A DNA stretch of 64,000 bases from Anthoceros angustus (GCA_010909165.1 MU008159.1:2108001-2172000); one strand, 5' to 3'; positions 37,521-50,700 are shown, numbered from the stretch's first letter. Notes: a model not told the origin generated them from the sequence alone. Translations and numbers: made by a program.

Positions 37521-40500
37521 TCAACGTAATTCCAAAGCGTAGACATGGTCATCTCTGCAACCTACAAACACACGCCCTCCCACCATCACTGGAGACGAGA
37601 ATACTTCTCCCGGAAGCTGGAGTCTAGCTATCTCATGGGCTTTCATGACATTGCTGGATGGGCTCCCTGTTTGCTGGGATTCCAAAGAACGCCCTGTACT
37701 GACGTTCAGCTTGTCAGCTCTTGTAGACTCAGAACCGGCCTTCGCTTCCTGTAAGCCGTCTGTAACGATTCGCAGCAGCGAGACAATGCCTCCGGTAGTG
37801 CATACGCAGATCAACCTGCCACTAGGCAACTGTCAGTGGAACTTGCAACCGTTGCAGGGATCATGCCTAGACAGTACGTGCTTAACGGCCCACAGAGCTA
37901 GAACTTACTCACCTGGATGATTTGTTAGCATGTTTGGACAACAGCTGAAGGCTGTCGTCCACACAGCAGGAGGCAGTTACGGGATCGTCGACGCACTGCT
38001 TCCACAGAAAGTGTCCCGTACCCTGCAGACCAACAAGCAGAAATACAAGATGGTCAAAGGGAGTTGAGAAGGCCGTCAAAAGCGTGCAAAAAGCGAGGGA
38101 AACTGCAGTCTTGGTATTGTGTCGCCTTTACTTAACTGGTGTGATGGCGTATATAAATCCGCTTCTACAGCACACCAGCAACTGCAGGACCACCACCCAA
38201 GCGCTCTTCAGAATTCCAATCCTGTCGATGGAAGCGAAAGGGACGGTATAGAAACACTGATTTATTTTACCTGGCCAGGCAGACAAGCTGATAAGCAGGC
38301 ACCACCAAACACCGGCCCCTTCACGGTCACCTGTATCCAGTGACGAGATTTGTCAGGTCCTTCAGAAGAGCCACTCATCCCGACAACTCTAAGAGAGAGA
38401 CAGCATGTTTGCATGGTGGGACGATGCACCTTCCATGCTATTTCTCCGTCTGGAGTAAAGGCTGTCACAAATCCACTGACTAAAACACAGATAACTGCAC
38501 ACAGAGGAAAAAGGTTAAGATGAAATTTCTTCCTACTGCTTCTAGCCTTCAAATTGCAATATCACCAAGACACAGGGAAGATAATACACGAAAATGTGAA
38601 GCTGTGTCCACGACAGGTGACCCAAAGACTGCTGCACCACATGTGTTTGTCCATAGCAGCGAAGGAGATGGCTGAACAGCGTGCATTAAGGGTCAGCTGT
38701 CGGCAATATGAACTGAAGCATGTGCAAACAACAAGGCATTTGGACACTCTTTTTAACTGCAAGCCTACTTCCATTTGGATGGCGCTGATTATCCCGCTGG
38801 TGGAGGCAACGTATAGCCGTCTCATGACCTGCAGTGCCATAGCTCACAAAGACGATGAATGACATTAGCATGCCAAGCTACAGAGGGAGCAGATTGAGCA
38901 GAAGAAGATTAGTTGCCACACCATATCACAAGCAGGAGCACCGAAAACGCTACCCCCACAAGCATGTTGCCAGACACAGCACTGTTGTACGCTGTCAAGG
39001 GCATATATATTATGATCATGTGATCCACACCTGCAGTAAGCAGCGAATAGTAGAGATGAAGCAATGCACAGGAACAAAACAAAGTATCAAAAGGAAATGA
39101 GAATGTACCATATCAAGCCACTGCAAGGATCCAGAGTTGGCTGGCATTTCACCTGTCAAACCATTCAACGCCCATTGAAGCATGCACAATTTGAAGCACA
39201 AGGTATATAATATGGAAATTTTCAGGAAGAACTTACTTGAGGTCATTCCTACCTCGCCCCCTGTCTGAAATGTCCAAACTATCCTGCCGTCCCAGAAGTC
39301 AAAGAAGTAGATGAGCCCATCATAGCATCCAACAATCACCTGGAGGGCAGAAGGATCATCGCCATAGTTAAGGGCATAGACATCAATCATAACGCATGTT
39401 AGAGATGCAACAGAATACAAGTACCTGATTAAAGTCATGACTCACAGCTGCTGTTGACTCTATCCGCCCTCCTACTTGTGTCTCCCACAGCAACTCACCA
39501 CTGCATCAGGCATAAGGTCTTTAATAAATATAGAACATCTTCCATACACAACAAAAAGCTTTCTTGTAAGCTGATCGACTCACCTTGCAGCATCGATGCA
39601 CACAAAACGTTTTGCATGTGAGCCAATGAACAATCTCCATTTATCTGCGGTATGCACTAGAAGAGGCGATCCATCTACACAAGAATTGAGTGAGACTCTC
39701 CAGCATTGCTGCAGCTGCCTTGAATCAAGCCCGTGTACTTCGAGAGTTGGGAGTACTAGAGAACCATGTGAAAGTTTTCGGACCAGGATGTTATTACATC
39801 TAGTAAGCGCAAGTGGCCCTGCAAAATCAAGATGGAAGGGCCACAATAGCTCTCCCCTTCTTTTCACAGTCTCCACAGAAGATGTGTTGCCACTAGTTGC
39901 TCTGCGAATGAGCCTATGCTCCAGTGAACCTGTCAACCTTGATGGTTCCAGAGCAGCTGTCTTGGTCCAAGTAGTAGACTCATGCATTGCATTGATAGCC
40001 GAGCAAAGCTCCTTCGCTGTGGGGTATGAATATAGGAGTAGCATGTCAATGCTCAAAAAGTGTGCTACATGAGCAGCTGACACTGATGTTCCGCCAAGTG
40101 CAAAGAAGTCAGCAGAAGAAGAGACGCGTTCCAAGTTCAGAACGCGGGCAAAGACCTGGAAGAAGCAGAATTAAGATGGAATCAATTACAAACTCTACGC
40201 ATCCAATTTGCAAGAATTGCTGGCTAATAAAGCAGAACCATGCCTGTAGGATTTTATTGACGGTATCACAATCACGCTGTGTATCCGGAGCTGCCGCATA
40301 AACATTCGTATAATTTGTAGAAAGAGTGGCGTAATCCACCTTCCCAGAACTGGTAACTGGCATGGCTCTCAGTACCTCTAGTTGCTGAGGAACCATGAAA
40401 GATGGTAGCCTCTCAGCTAACCAGTTTCTTAGCTCATCAGGGTGCTTTTCATCATCGAGAACAACAAATGCTACAAGATGCAGTTCCCCATTGGGCCAAG

Positions 40501-42563
40501 TTCGAGTCAAAACTGCAGCATGTTGTACAGCAGCATGTGACTGGAGAAGTGCTTCTACTTCTTCAAGCTGTATGCGCTGTCCATGAACCTTGACTAACCG
40601 ATCCTTTCTTCCAAGCAACGAGAAGTTGCCATCTGCCAGTAGAGTCACACGATCCCCTGTTTTGAACAAAGCACATTGTTCAGCAGAACCCTGAGACTGT
40701 GGGAACCAAGCATCCAAAAACTTTCTGTTGGTCTCCTGTGGGTCATTCAGATAGCCTAGGGCAACGCCACATCCAGCCACCCACAACTCTCCTTCTCCTG
40801 ATGTCACAACGGAGTCATTTTCAGAAACTACAAATGCCTGTAGTCCAGATATTGGCCTGCCAATGGGGACTGTAGACGTCTTCAATTGAGTGGCATGAAG
40901 TAAGCTGACCTCAAAGTAAGTACAGTCCCCAGACACCTGAAGGACAAAACCACGACAGAGACAAATCAGCAAAAGAGGTTAGCATACAAATCACATATTA
41001 CATCAGGTTGGAGTTATTTATGATGTCAAGAAGAGCACAGTCGATCTCACCTCTGTACTACCGTAAAGGTTGAGAATAGTTGTTGTCACCAAGAGCCGGT
41101 CAAGAGCTTGCCATAACCAGGTTTGCAATTGTTCCCCACTGAGCACTAGAATGCGTAAATTCAAAGCCGTTGACTCTTCTTGCAGTCGGGGCAAAAGTGC
41201 ATGCAAAAAGGATGGAACAGCAATCAGCCTCGTGATGTGATAGTCCTACAGCAAACCAGAAACTCAATGAGCAGTCAAAGCTACAACCACTGCCACGTTT
41301 GCAGCAAATGCTCTTGTACGCCAAGAGTTTACTGTTCAACCTTCAATACATCAAAAAGGATGAGGGGATTTCTTGATATCTGACTTCTTGGCGGAACAAC
41401 CAAAAGACTAGCAGTAAGCAGCGGGCCCAGTGCTTCGGTCAAATGATCCACAAAGGCAGTAGCAGTCTTAAAGCATCCCACATCCCCATCCAAATGTGGA
41501 TAACTATCTTCCATCCATCTCAACCGATTCATCAAACCTGCAACGCCGTAAGAAGGACATGCAGTACATGCTTAAAACGAAGGAACTCTGAATCCTTCAC
41601 AAAGTGACACAGCAGCAGCTTGGTTCTTGGATTGACACCTGTCTCCGTGCCACATACCCCCCTTGGGGTGCCTGTTGACCCTGATGTGTACATAACGTAC
41701 AAATATGAAGCCTTGCGTGAACTGCTAGGCCTTGCTGGACAAGTCTTTGCCTGCAAGCCCTTCACAAATCCCTCTTGCACCGAAAGCACTGGGCAAGAAA
41801 ACGTGCTGGCAATCTTTGTCACATCCATTCCATCTCTTTGGGGGGACCAAAACAAGTGGTGGCAACAAATGACCAGACATGGCTTGCAGCTAAGTGCCAC
41901 AGCTTCAAGTCTTTTTAGAGGCCAAGACAAGTCCAGTGGAACGAAGGCCGCCCCAATTTTCACAACAGACAAAAGACAAACCAGATACTCCGCCGAATTA
42001 ACCATCATAAGTCCAATCCTCCTCTCGCAATCTCCACTTTCAGAAGTGGCACGGTCTGCGCCTATTGCAATTCCAGGGGATTCGAGACGCGCATCACCTT
42101 CCCAACCTGTTCCTGCCCATCTAGAGGAATTCAGTTTAAGTCCCAATGCAGTCCAAGCCCATGAGCATGAAATTAGTGTTGCACCTAAACATGCGTCCTG
42201 CCTCAGCTGGCAATCAAGACCAAACGTACCCTCGAGTACAGCAGCAACGTCACAGCTTCTGCCCACAACATGCTCCAGAAGAGCTGCCAGCAAGTCAACA
42301 GCCAGAAGAAGTTCTCCATAGGTGTGCCCCACATCTGAGCTCCTGCAATTCACTCCTTCCGAAACTGCCAATGAGCACTCCAATCCATTACCGCCTGCTG
42401 AAGCTTCAGCCTTGGAACCAGCGGATGACTGCTGAGAGGCGTCTGTCGGAGAAGTAAAGCGAGTGGAGACATGCAGCACAGCAATCCTCTCCGAAAAGCG
42501 GGAAGCCACAGACTGGAAAGCATGCAGCAAAGACGGCTGCTCAGAACAACCAGCAATCGGCAT
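37521..42563 (-). CDS. AAE19: Acyl-activating enzyme 19 / AASDH (ACSF4)-like: adenylation + phosphopantetheine carrier + PQQ-type beta-propeller, multi-exon
   Basis: [14 protein letters not shown] (A3), [25 protein letters not shown] (A8), TSSGKVD (A10), carrier motif DFFALGGTS, and propeller repeats ending [23 protein letters not shown]. Confidence 0.88.
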
Positions 42564-42933
42564 GGAATCGGACTCCAACTTGCGTCCAGCTCCTTCTTAG
42601 CAAGCTCAATTCCATAACGCGAGCAGACTAAAGTCTGAACTTGAAACAGTTTCACTATGTACGTGAAGAAATTTAAACAAGCACGGTCTGGCAGCATGGA
42701 GTGCTGCCATCGCTGCCATGGAGTGCAGCTGCTGCCAGGCAGGAACGGTTTGCAGCTTGGATGTGTTGTGGTGCATGCAAAAGTGTGGCAGTCATCCCGA
42801 CTTCAGGCACAAGAGGTGGAACCAGGCCCTGTGGCTACATGGTGCTTGGGTGGATTCCCAAGATGCTCGGCTGCAGGTTGCAACCAGGGACATTCCTGGT
42901 TCTGTTTCTCCGTTCAACGCGTCTCCAAGGTAG

Positions 42934-45615
42934 ATGGGCTTCGTGTTTCAGACTAATTTTTGTGTCATTGTGCTGCGCTGCTTTGTGAGATGTCGGGACG
43001 TTTGCAATTGCAGAGAGCCATGCACGTCTCTGGACGCGCATGAATTGGAGACTTTATGTAGGAAGGGGCGGCTGCGCGAGGCACTGCTCCGCTTGGACCA
43101 GCAGGGAGTCGTGCCCTCGGAGCGGGTGTACAAGGATTTGCTGCAGGCCTGTGGCAAAAGGAAGGCCGTCGTAGAGGCAAAGCGGGTACATGCTCATTTG
43201 GCAAAGCATGGACTAGAGTCCAACAGGGTGTTGGGCGACCTTCTAGTCACCACGCTGGTCACCTGCGGGATCTTTGAGGATGGGCTTGAGGTCTTCAAGA
43301 AATTGCGCTATCGGACTGTTTATTCTTGGACAGCTATCATTTCAGGGTATAGCAATGCTGGACAGTGTCGCCAGGCTCTGGCATGTTATGAGGAGATGCT
43401 ACAGTACGGTGTGGAGCCTGATAAATATACGTTTGTTGCCTTGCTTAAAACTTGCAGCAGGTTGGAGGAACTGGAAAAGGGCCAGCGGATTCATGCTGAT
43501 ATCGTCAGACGTGGGCTTGAAACTGATGTCTTTATCGGGAACACGCTAGTTAGTATGTATGCAAAGTGTGGGAGCATCCTGACTGCACAGCAGGTGTTTG
43601 ATGGTTTGTCGAAACGCAATGTGGTGTCGTGGAGTGCCATGATCTCGGCGTATGCTAAGCATGGCCAAGGGGAGCAAGCTCTAAAGGTTTATGAGCAGAT
43701 GCAACACGAAGGGATCAAAGCTGATGCTCGAACCTTTGTCAGCGTTTTCCAAGCATGTGGCATGATTGCAGAAAGTGAGGAAAGTGTGTGCGTGAATGAG
43801 GAGCACGTCAAGGTGGGGTTATTGCGACAGGGGAAGGAAGTACATGCTGCAGCAGCAGGGAGAGGGTGTGACTTGGACATCTTTGTTGGCAACAGTCTGG
43901 TCTCCATGTATGCAAAGTGTGGGAGCATTGAGAATTCGCACCATGTGTTTGATAGATTGTCTCAGCGAGATGTGGTGTCATGGAATGCACTGCTTGCAGC
44001 GCATGCTCAGCAGGGTCAGGGAGAAACAGCGTTGCACATCTATGGCCGGATGGAACAGGAAGGTATAAAGCCAACTGCACGGACTTTTGCTAGTGCTCTA
44101 CAGTCGTGCAGCACCCTTGCAGAAAGGGAGGACGCCATGTATCTGGATGGGGGAGATGTGAAGGTGGAGTCTCTGCAGAAGGGGAAGGAGATTCACGCGG
44201 ATGCCACTGGAAGTGGTTGTGAATTAGATGCCATTGTTGGTAACGCTTTGGTGACTATGTATGCAAAATGTGGGAGCATCATGGATGCGCAGCAAATATT
44301 TGACGGGTTACATAAACATGATGTTGTAACATGGACAGCAATTATCGCAGCTTATGTACAGCAGGATCAAGGGGACAAGGCTCTAGAGTGCTTTTGGCGG
44401 ATGCAAGAGAAAGGCATCAGGCCAAACGCCCGGACATTTGTTAGTGCTCTGCAAGCTTGTTGTGTGATGGCAGAAGAGGAGAAAGTTGCACTCGTGGATG
44501 GACAGAATGTGAAAGATGATTCACTCCGTAGAGGAAGGGAACTACATGCTGAAGCTGCGGGCATGGGCTTCGAATCGGATGTGTTTGTGGGTAGCACTTT
44601 GGTTACAATGTACGCAAAGTGCGGGAGCATAAGGGACGCAGAACAGGTGTTCAATAGATTGGCTGAGCGTGATGTGGTTTCGTGGACTGCCATGATTGCA
44701 GCGTATGCTCAGCAGGATCAAGGAGAAAAGGCTCTGCAGCTGTTTGCCCGCATGTCAGAAGAAGGGGTGACTGGCCATGAGGCGACATTTCTCTCTGTCC
44801 TGGAGGCGTGCAGCAGTACAGGAGCTTTAGATGTTTGTCTTCACATTCATAGAATTATAATGAAATGTGGCTTCCAGTCTAACGTTCCTGTAGCAAACAG
44901 TCTTATTTATACATTCGGCAAATGTGGAAGCATGGCTCATGCTCAACAAACTTTCGACTCACTGCCCGAGCCCGATGTGGTGTCATGGACGGCACTAATC
45001 GCTGGGTATGCCCGACTTGGAGATGGCCATATGAGTGTGCAGTGCTTTGAGAGCATGTGTATGTCAGGTGTGAATCCTAATAACGTTACCTTTCTGGCAC
45101 TGCTCTCTGCATGCAGTCATGCTGGCATGGTGGAGCAAGGCTTAGAGTACTTTGGACGTATGAAAGGGAAATACGGCATTTGTCCGGAGCTGGAGCATTA
45201 CGCTAGTGTAATTGATCTTGTTGGTCGCGCAGGACTCCTCACAAAGGCAGAAGAGCTGCTTTTACAAATGCCAATGCAGCCTGATTCATCAATTTGGTTG
45301 AGCTTGCTGGGTGCTTGTCGGAAACACGGTGACGTCGAGCGGGCACGGCGGGCTTTTCATGGTGCTGTCAGCTTAGATTCAACAATATCTGCACCATATG
45401 TCCTCATGTCAAGTACTTATGCTGATGCTGGTATGTGGCACAATGCACGAGAGGTAGATCAATTGAGGCACAGTGCAAGTGCATGGAAGAGGGAGCCAGG
45501 CCAAAGCTGGATAGAACATGATGGAGAAGTTCACACGTTTTTAGTAGGAGACTGCAGACACGGATCGAGAGCAGATCTTAATAGACTGCTGCAACAAATG
45601 AGTGCAGTCCTGTGA
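42934..45615 (+). CDS. PLS-class PPR protein, E+ subclass (no complete DYW), with extended long-L motifs; a short upstream exon is possible
   Basis: 893-aa ORF of P-L-S repeats and E1/E2 motifs, with PG box KREPGQSWIE followed by a stop about 35 aa later. No HxE/CxxC motif. Confidence 0.92.
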   Translation: MGFVFQTNFCVIVLRCFVRCRDVCNCREPCTSLDAHELETLCRKGRLREALLRLDQQGVVPSERVYKDLLQACGKRKAVVEAKRVHAHLAKHGLESNRVLGDLLVTTLVTCGIFEDGLEVFKKLRYRTVYSWTAIISGYSNAGQCRQALACYEEMLQYGVEPDKYTFVALLKTCSRLEELEKGQRIHADIVRRGLETDVFIGNTLVSMYAKCGSILTAQQVFDGLSKRNVVSWSAMISAYAKHGQGEQALKVYEQMQHEGIKADARTFVSVFQACGMIAESEESVCVNEEHVKVGLLRQGKEVHAAAAGRGCDLDIFVGNSLVSMYAKCGSIENSHHVFDRLSQRDVVSWNALLAAHAQQGQGETALHIYGRMEQEGIKPTARTFASALQSCSTLAEREDAMYLDGGDVKVESLQKGKEIHADATGSGCELDAIVGNALVTMYAKCGSIMDAQQIFDGLHKHDVVTWTAIIAAYVQQDQGDKALECFWRMQEKGIRPNARTFVSALQACCVMAEEEKVALVDGQNVKDDSLRRGRELHAEAAGMGFESDVFVGSTLVTMYAKCGSIRDAEQVFNRLAERDVVSWTAMIAAYAQQDQGEKALQLFARMSEEGVTGHEATFLSVLEACSSTGALDVCLHIHRIIMKCGFQSNVPVANSLIYTFGKCGSMAHAQQTFDSLPEPDVVSWTALIAGYARLGDGHMSVQCFESMCMSGVNPNNVTFLALLSACSHAGMVEQGLEYFGRMKGKYGICPELEHYASVIDLVGRAGLLTKAEELLLQMPMQPDSSIWLSLLGACRKHGDVERARRAFHGAVSLDSTISAPYVLMSSTYADAGMWHNAREVDQLRHSASAWKREPGQSWIEHDGEVHTFLVGDCRHGSRADLNRLLQQMSAVL

Positions 45616-45882
45616 CGTGGATACAGACGTGCTTCTGGCACGTCGAGGTATATAATATGGCTTAACCCCATAATGGTCACGAGTCTGAGTCTTTGAAGGT
45701 ACTTTCTCGATTTATAATGGAATGACATACTGAAAGTTTCTGATGCTTGTACAAACGTTCGCCATGTTGCGCTCTGTCAAGAATTTTGTGTTGAAGTGAT
45801 AGAAGCGGCCGTCCAGTCTCAACTCACCATGGCATTCGTTTTGTTGAGCCCCAGGTTTTTCACGCGCGCCTCTCTCTTCACT

Positions 45883-45945
45883 GAAGAAGAAGAAGAAGAA
45901 GAATTTTATCTAAGTCCACTGAGGACGGATTTCCGTCATGGGACT
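45883..45945 (-). repeat. Short dispersed element with stem-loop, A-rich motif and (TTC)n tail, copy C
   Basis: (GAA)7 followed by TTTTATCTAAGTCCACTGAGGACGGATTTCCGTCATGGGAC. Confidence 0.65.
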
Positions 45946-47728
45946 TGGTACTTAACAACTTGTACCATGGTGTGCCTAAGCTACTTGCACCAAGGGCATC
46001 CACTCCCTTTAGGATCTAAGCTCAGGATGCTTAATCACGGCGTTCTTGTAAATGTGTGTCCATTTGGCCTAAGGGCCTCTATGTCTACAGCCACGGTGGA
46101 GGTCACTTTCCCGGCAATCAGCCGGTGAAAGTCGGTCTTCAAAGTGCCTCGCCTCACGGGCAGACAGTTCCCTAGGTTCTACGGCCAACCGGCTGCAGTC
46201 ACGTCCCAGGAAAAGGGACAAACCGTGACTTTCTGTCCTAAACCAAGGGAGAGGCGGGGAACCGTTTTTTAGAGTGAAGCGGGTTCTGTTTTCTCCAAGG
46301 TTCGGCGAGGCGGATTTTGATATGTAATCGGAACCCAATGTGTAATGAAGGCCGTGGGGCCTGGTCTTTGGTTCACGGGTTTCCCACAGTCTGCCGGATC
46401 GATTGCGTGGCGAGGCCAGTAGTCGGAGTGACTATTGCTAGCAAACCAGACCGAAATGCCCACCGTCAAAAGAATCGTAGTGAAAGAACGGCAGCCGATG
46501 GTCGCCTATGTGCAAGTCAGCTTGCAAACGAGATCTGACGCTGACGAGGGTGAGTGCCTCAGCGAGGTCTATCATCCGGTACTGAGCTCGTGAATTTCGA
46601 GGCAACCAGCAAATTTCTACGAATTGCAAGAATAATATTAATTCAATTTCAGAATAACTCCAGAAACAATCTGACCATTTTGGGTTAAGATCCTCTCTTT
46701 AGACATGGCTGAACCGTCATGTTTTAGGTAGAAATCAAGGCTACTTGCTAAGAAACCCCTGTAGGTAGAAATCAAGGCTACTTGCTAAGAATCCCCTTTT
46801 GTGTACACAAGCCCCTTTGTGGCGGCTCGGCGCAGCACTTTGTTTAACGAAGATGATGTTCTTAAAACGAAATTGGGCCAGCTGGAGAAAACTCTGTGAG
46901 ACTCATATCCCAGCAAGTTGATATATTGGTTCAAATGAATATCTACTATGGTTATAATGTATGCTATAATGTAATGTAATGAATGGGACTTCTCTACTAT
47001 GGTTATAGTGTGTGTCGGAATGTAATGAATGGGACTTCCAATGCCTTCTACGTATCTTGAATATCAAAGCTTCATTAACCTAGACTTATGGAGGAAAGTG
47101 GAGTAGGCATGAGTTCAGAACACAAAGGACCTGTTTTATCAAGCTATGAAACGGTTGTCTTATAGAAGATATGTATAGATGATTATTCTTTTGGGTTATC
47201 TATGCTGTCCATGTGATGGGGCCCTTCACATCCAAAACTTCAAATCATACTGCATCATTCGCAATTTCTTCCGTCAAGAACGGCTCTGGCATATTTTTTA
47301 GACGTCTTTTCCGGGGCTTGAACTATCTCCTCACCGCGCATTTCGCACCGCAGTATGGGTACACGGCGGATGCCTATGGACTTGCCTAATCCGAGATCAG
47401 CATGGTAAACATGCATGGCAAGCGTGGGAGCCTAGAGGATGCCCCTGGCGTATTTGACGGACTTGGTGACAGACTGTGGTGACATGGAATGCCATGAGGT
47501 ACTGCCAGCTTTGCATACTATTATGGCTTGTGGACATACCCTATGGATTTTATCCATGGATTTGGATGTCCTGTACAGCATCTCATTAGGTTATGGTTGT
47601 CCTGCTCAAGGCTATTTCACATGCACGGCTGATTGTCAAGTCCCTAAAACAAACTTGTATCAGCGAAAAAAATGATAAAAATGGCTTAAGTTTCAAATCA
47701 GGTCCGCACTTGGGAATAAATTCAGAAA

Positions 47729-50700
47729 TCATAACTTGAACAATGGAGTGATGCCAAGGAGATTGAAGCACTCGCGCATAATGAGGGCAGTGGCTTCACA
47801 AATCAACAATCTGCTGGTCTCTTCTTCCGAATTCAGCACCTGAAGAAGTGTCAGCCACAGACAATCAGTACCTCAACAGACTACCTTGTCAAAACAACCT
47901 TTCCTCGGAGCCTGAAAGGTACCTTGCAATTTGTGTAGAAGTCTGTGAAAATCTGAGAAAGGTTGTATAGATACTCGCAAAGAGTGTTAGGCTGCAACGT
48001 ACTAATGCAGTCCTCAACAACCTGAAAGACATGCAGGGTTAAAAAGGGAGTTATCAAACGAGCTCAAAAGGACAAAACTGACTCCTTCTGCAATACGCAC
48101 CTCGGCAAATCGAATGAGATGAAGGCCGAGCTTCCTTTCGCTTACATGATCCAGTTTAATAGCTCCAGTCTGCACACGTTTAACACACATCAGTATCCCA
48201 AATTGAAGACATATCCGAACATCCACTACAAAAATCAGGATGGCGATCACCTTCTTAAGCACTTCAATGTCCTTCCCCGACTTTCTGATAATAGAGCATA
48301 TCCTTGCGTGAGCATATAAGAGATAGACAGCAGTGTTGCCCTGCACAGGAGAGTGAAATTAATTAAGAAAAGATCCCAAGACGAGCAGGCTGGTCTGACA
48401 AAGCTGAGGAAGATTTAAGATAGCTCACCCGATCATCGAGCATTTGATCATAGTTGAACACGTAGTTGGTCGAACGATTGTTCTTCAAATCAGCATATCT
48501 GTAACATGCACAGCCAACCTCAGAGACATGCTCCGTAAACGAGTCCTACATGTGATGCCAACAGTCCTAGAGTGCATAGGGTGTCCATGGGCGCACTTAA
48601 CAGCTCCATAGCCTACAGCTTCAGCAGCATACTCAAGCTCCTCTGGAGTCCATTCATCTTCTCGGCCTGAGAGAACCTTGTATTAGAGGGTAGCAAATGC
48701 ACAGGCTGAAAGTCCAGGCTTTGGGTCAAAGACGGATACCTCGTTCAATAAGAGCATCCTTGCTCCTAGTTTTGGCTTCATCAAGAAGCTCTACAAGGCG
48801 CACTACTTCACCAGCTCTTGTTCGAAACTTCTTACCATCTTGCCCGAGTACCAGGCCAAAGCCAATGTGCCTCACTTGGGGGTATGCCCCATCCACTGGA
48901 ATCCAGCCTGCTAATTTGGCAGCCTGCATGTTGACAAGTACACAGCATCAGTGATTGGACACAATAACCCCCACCAGTTTCCGATAAGAGCGATCTCAGC
49001 ATACTTACTTTAAACACCATTTCAAAATGCAGAGCCTGCCCTGCATCTGTTATATATATGATCCACTGGGCTTTCTCCACATTCAACCGATACCTAGAGC
49101 AACAGGGAGACTCTCTCATTATCGAGGGCTTCAGAAGTGCAAAATCTGACTGCACCTTCAGAGGCTGCATGCAAGGGATCCTTGGTAAAGGAAAGGATCG
49201 TCTCACCACATTGCTGTCAAATCAGTACTTGCATAATTGTAGCCACCATCTCTCTTTACTACAATCAATGGGATATCATGCCCCTCCAGAACTATCACTT
49301 TTGCTTCATCGCTCTCTTGTACAAGTTTCTTCTCATCTAGCTGTCCAATAACATCTGGGATGTAACCATTGTAGAAGCTCTCACCCTACAACCATAAGAA
49401 ATCACAAATTGCAGATGATCAGGGTGCAGAAATCACGTAAAGCAGCAAAGTCCTCAACACACCTGCGGATTTAAGAAAAAATATAGATAAGGCAGCATAC
49501 CTTTTCCTCTATTACAACCTTCAACCTATCATAAACTTGCTGAAACTCCCTGCGACTCACATCACATATGCCTGACCATGCTGCTCGATAACTTGGATCA
49601 CCACTCTGCCACATGACAGACAAGTCACAATTCTCTCATTGAACAGTTCACCCGAGCGAAACAAGAACTTCCAATCTCAAATTCATAAACTAGGATCACT
49701 GGGTGATAACTCACTTGAAGCTTAACTACAGCTCTCTGGGCCTTCTCCTTAAAGGCAGCGTCCTCATCAAATTTCTTCTTAGCAGCTTTGTAGAAAGCCT
49801 GCACATATCCACACGGAATTCTCAGCGACCAGGCAGGTGCCACGGACGACAGGAGTGGCAACATAAATAAACCTTACCTGTAGGTCGCCAATGGCTTGAT
49901 CACCAATTTCTTCCCAGTTTGGAAATTGTTCGAACAAATATTCAATAAGCATCCCAAACTGCAGATCCAACCACTAACTATAAATGCAACGTAAAGACGA
50001 AAAACCGGCTGCGCAGAAATCTCTTGATTATGAAGAGAGACAGATAGCAAGGCTATGGCAGTACGTGTTGGTACAAACCTGTGTACCCCAGTCCCCAACA
50101 TGATTTCGGCGCAGCACATCAACCTTACAGTACTCCAGCATACGGCTAATGGAGTCCCCAATAATGGTGGAACGCAGATGGCCAACATGCATCTCTTTTG
50201 CAATATTTGGTGAAGAGAAGTCCACCACTGCTCTCTTAACTGGAAGCACTGGTGCCCAGGATCCCACTCCACTTTTCAGGACATTTTCCAGTCTCTGGAT
50301 TCCCCCAAGTGACCCAAGTGTAAGGCAAACACACCGATATACATCAAAGGGAAGGACTAACCAGTGCTGGCATGTTGAAACAAATAACGCTATCACTTGC
50401 TGTGCTGTACCTCTTCAATCCATCTGTTTGACAGAACGATGTTGATGAATCCGGGTCCCGCGACACTTGTTCTCTCTATGATTAGTGAGGAGGGAATATT
50501 CGCTGCCAGTCCCTGAAACATGAAACGGATGGAAATGCATAACGAAGTGTAGAAGCTAAGGTAACGGTCACTACACAGCATTCCCAAATTGGCAGCGTCG
50601 GCCGAACTTGTTCAGACGGTCTACTGAGCACGGCACCGGACGCATTAGCGGGGACATTTCTTCGCTAACCTGTCCGACCGCGTTGGGGTTCTTGAATGTG

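Noticed and set aside
45616-45800. RGY directly after the PPR-E+ stop codon, a possible truncated DYW continuation
   Set aside because: No HxE or CxxC downstream in any frame examined; this is consistent with a normal E+ end.
46725-47040. Local tandem duplications (37-bp unit x2 at 46725-46798; ~46-bp unit x2 near 46945-47038)
   Set aside because: Only two copies each in intergenic DNA, with no spacer structure. This is not a CRISPR-like array.
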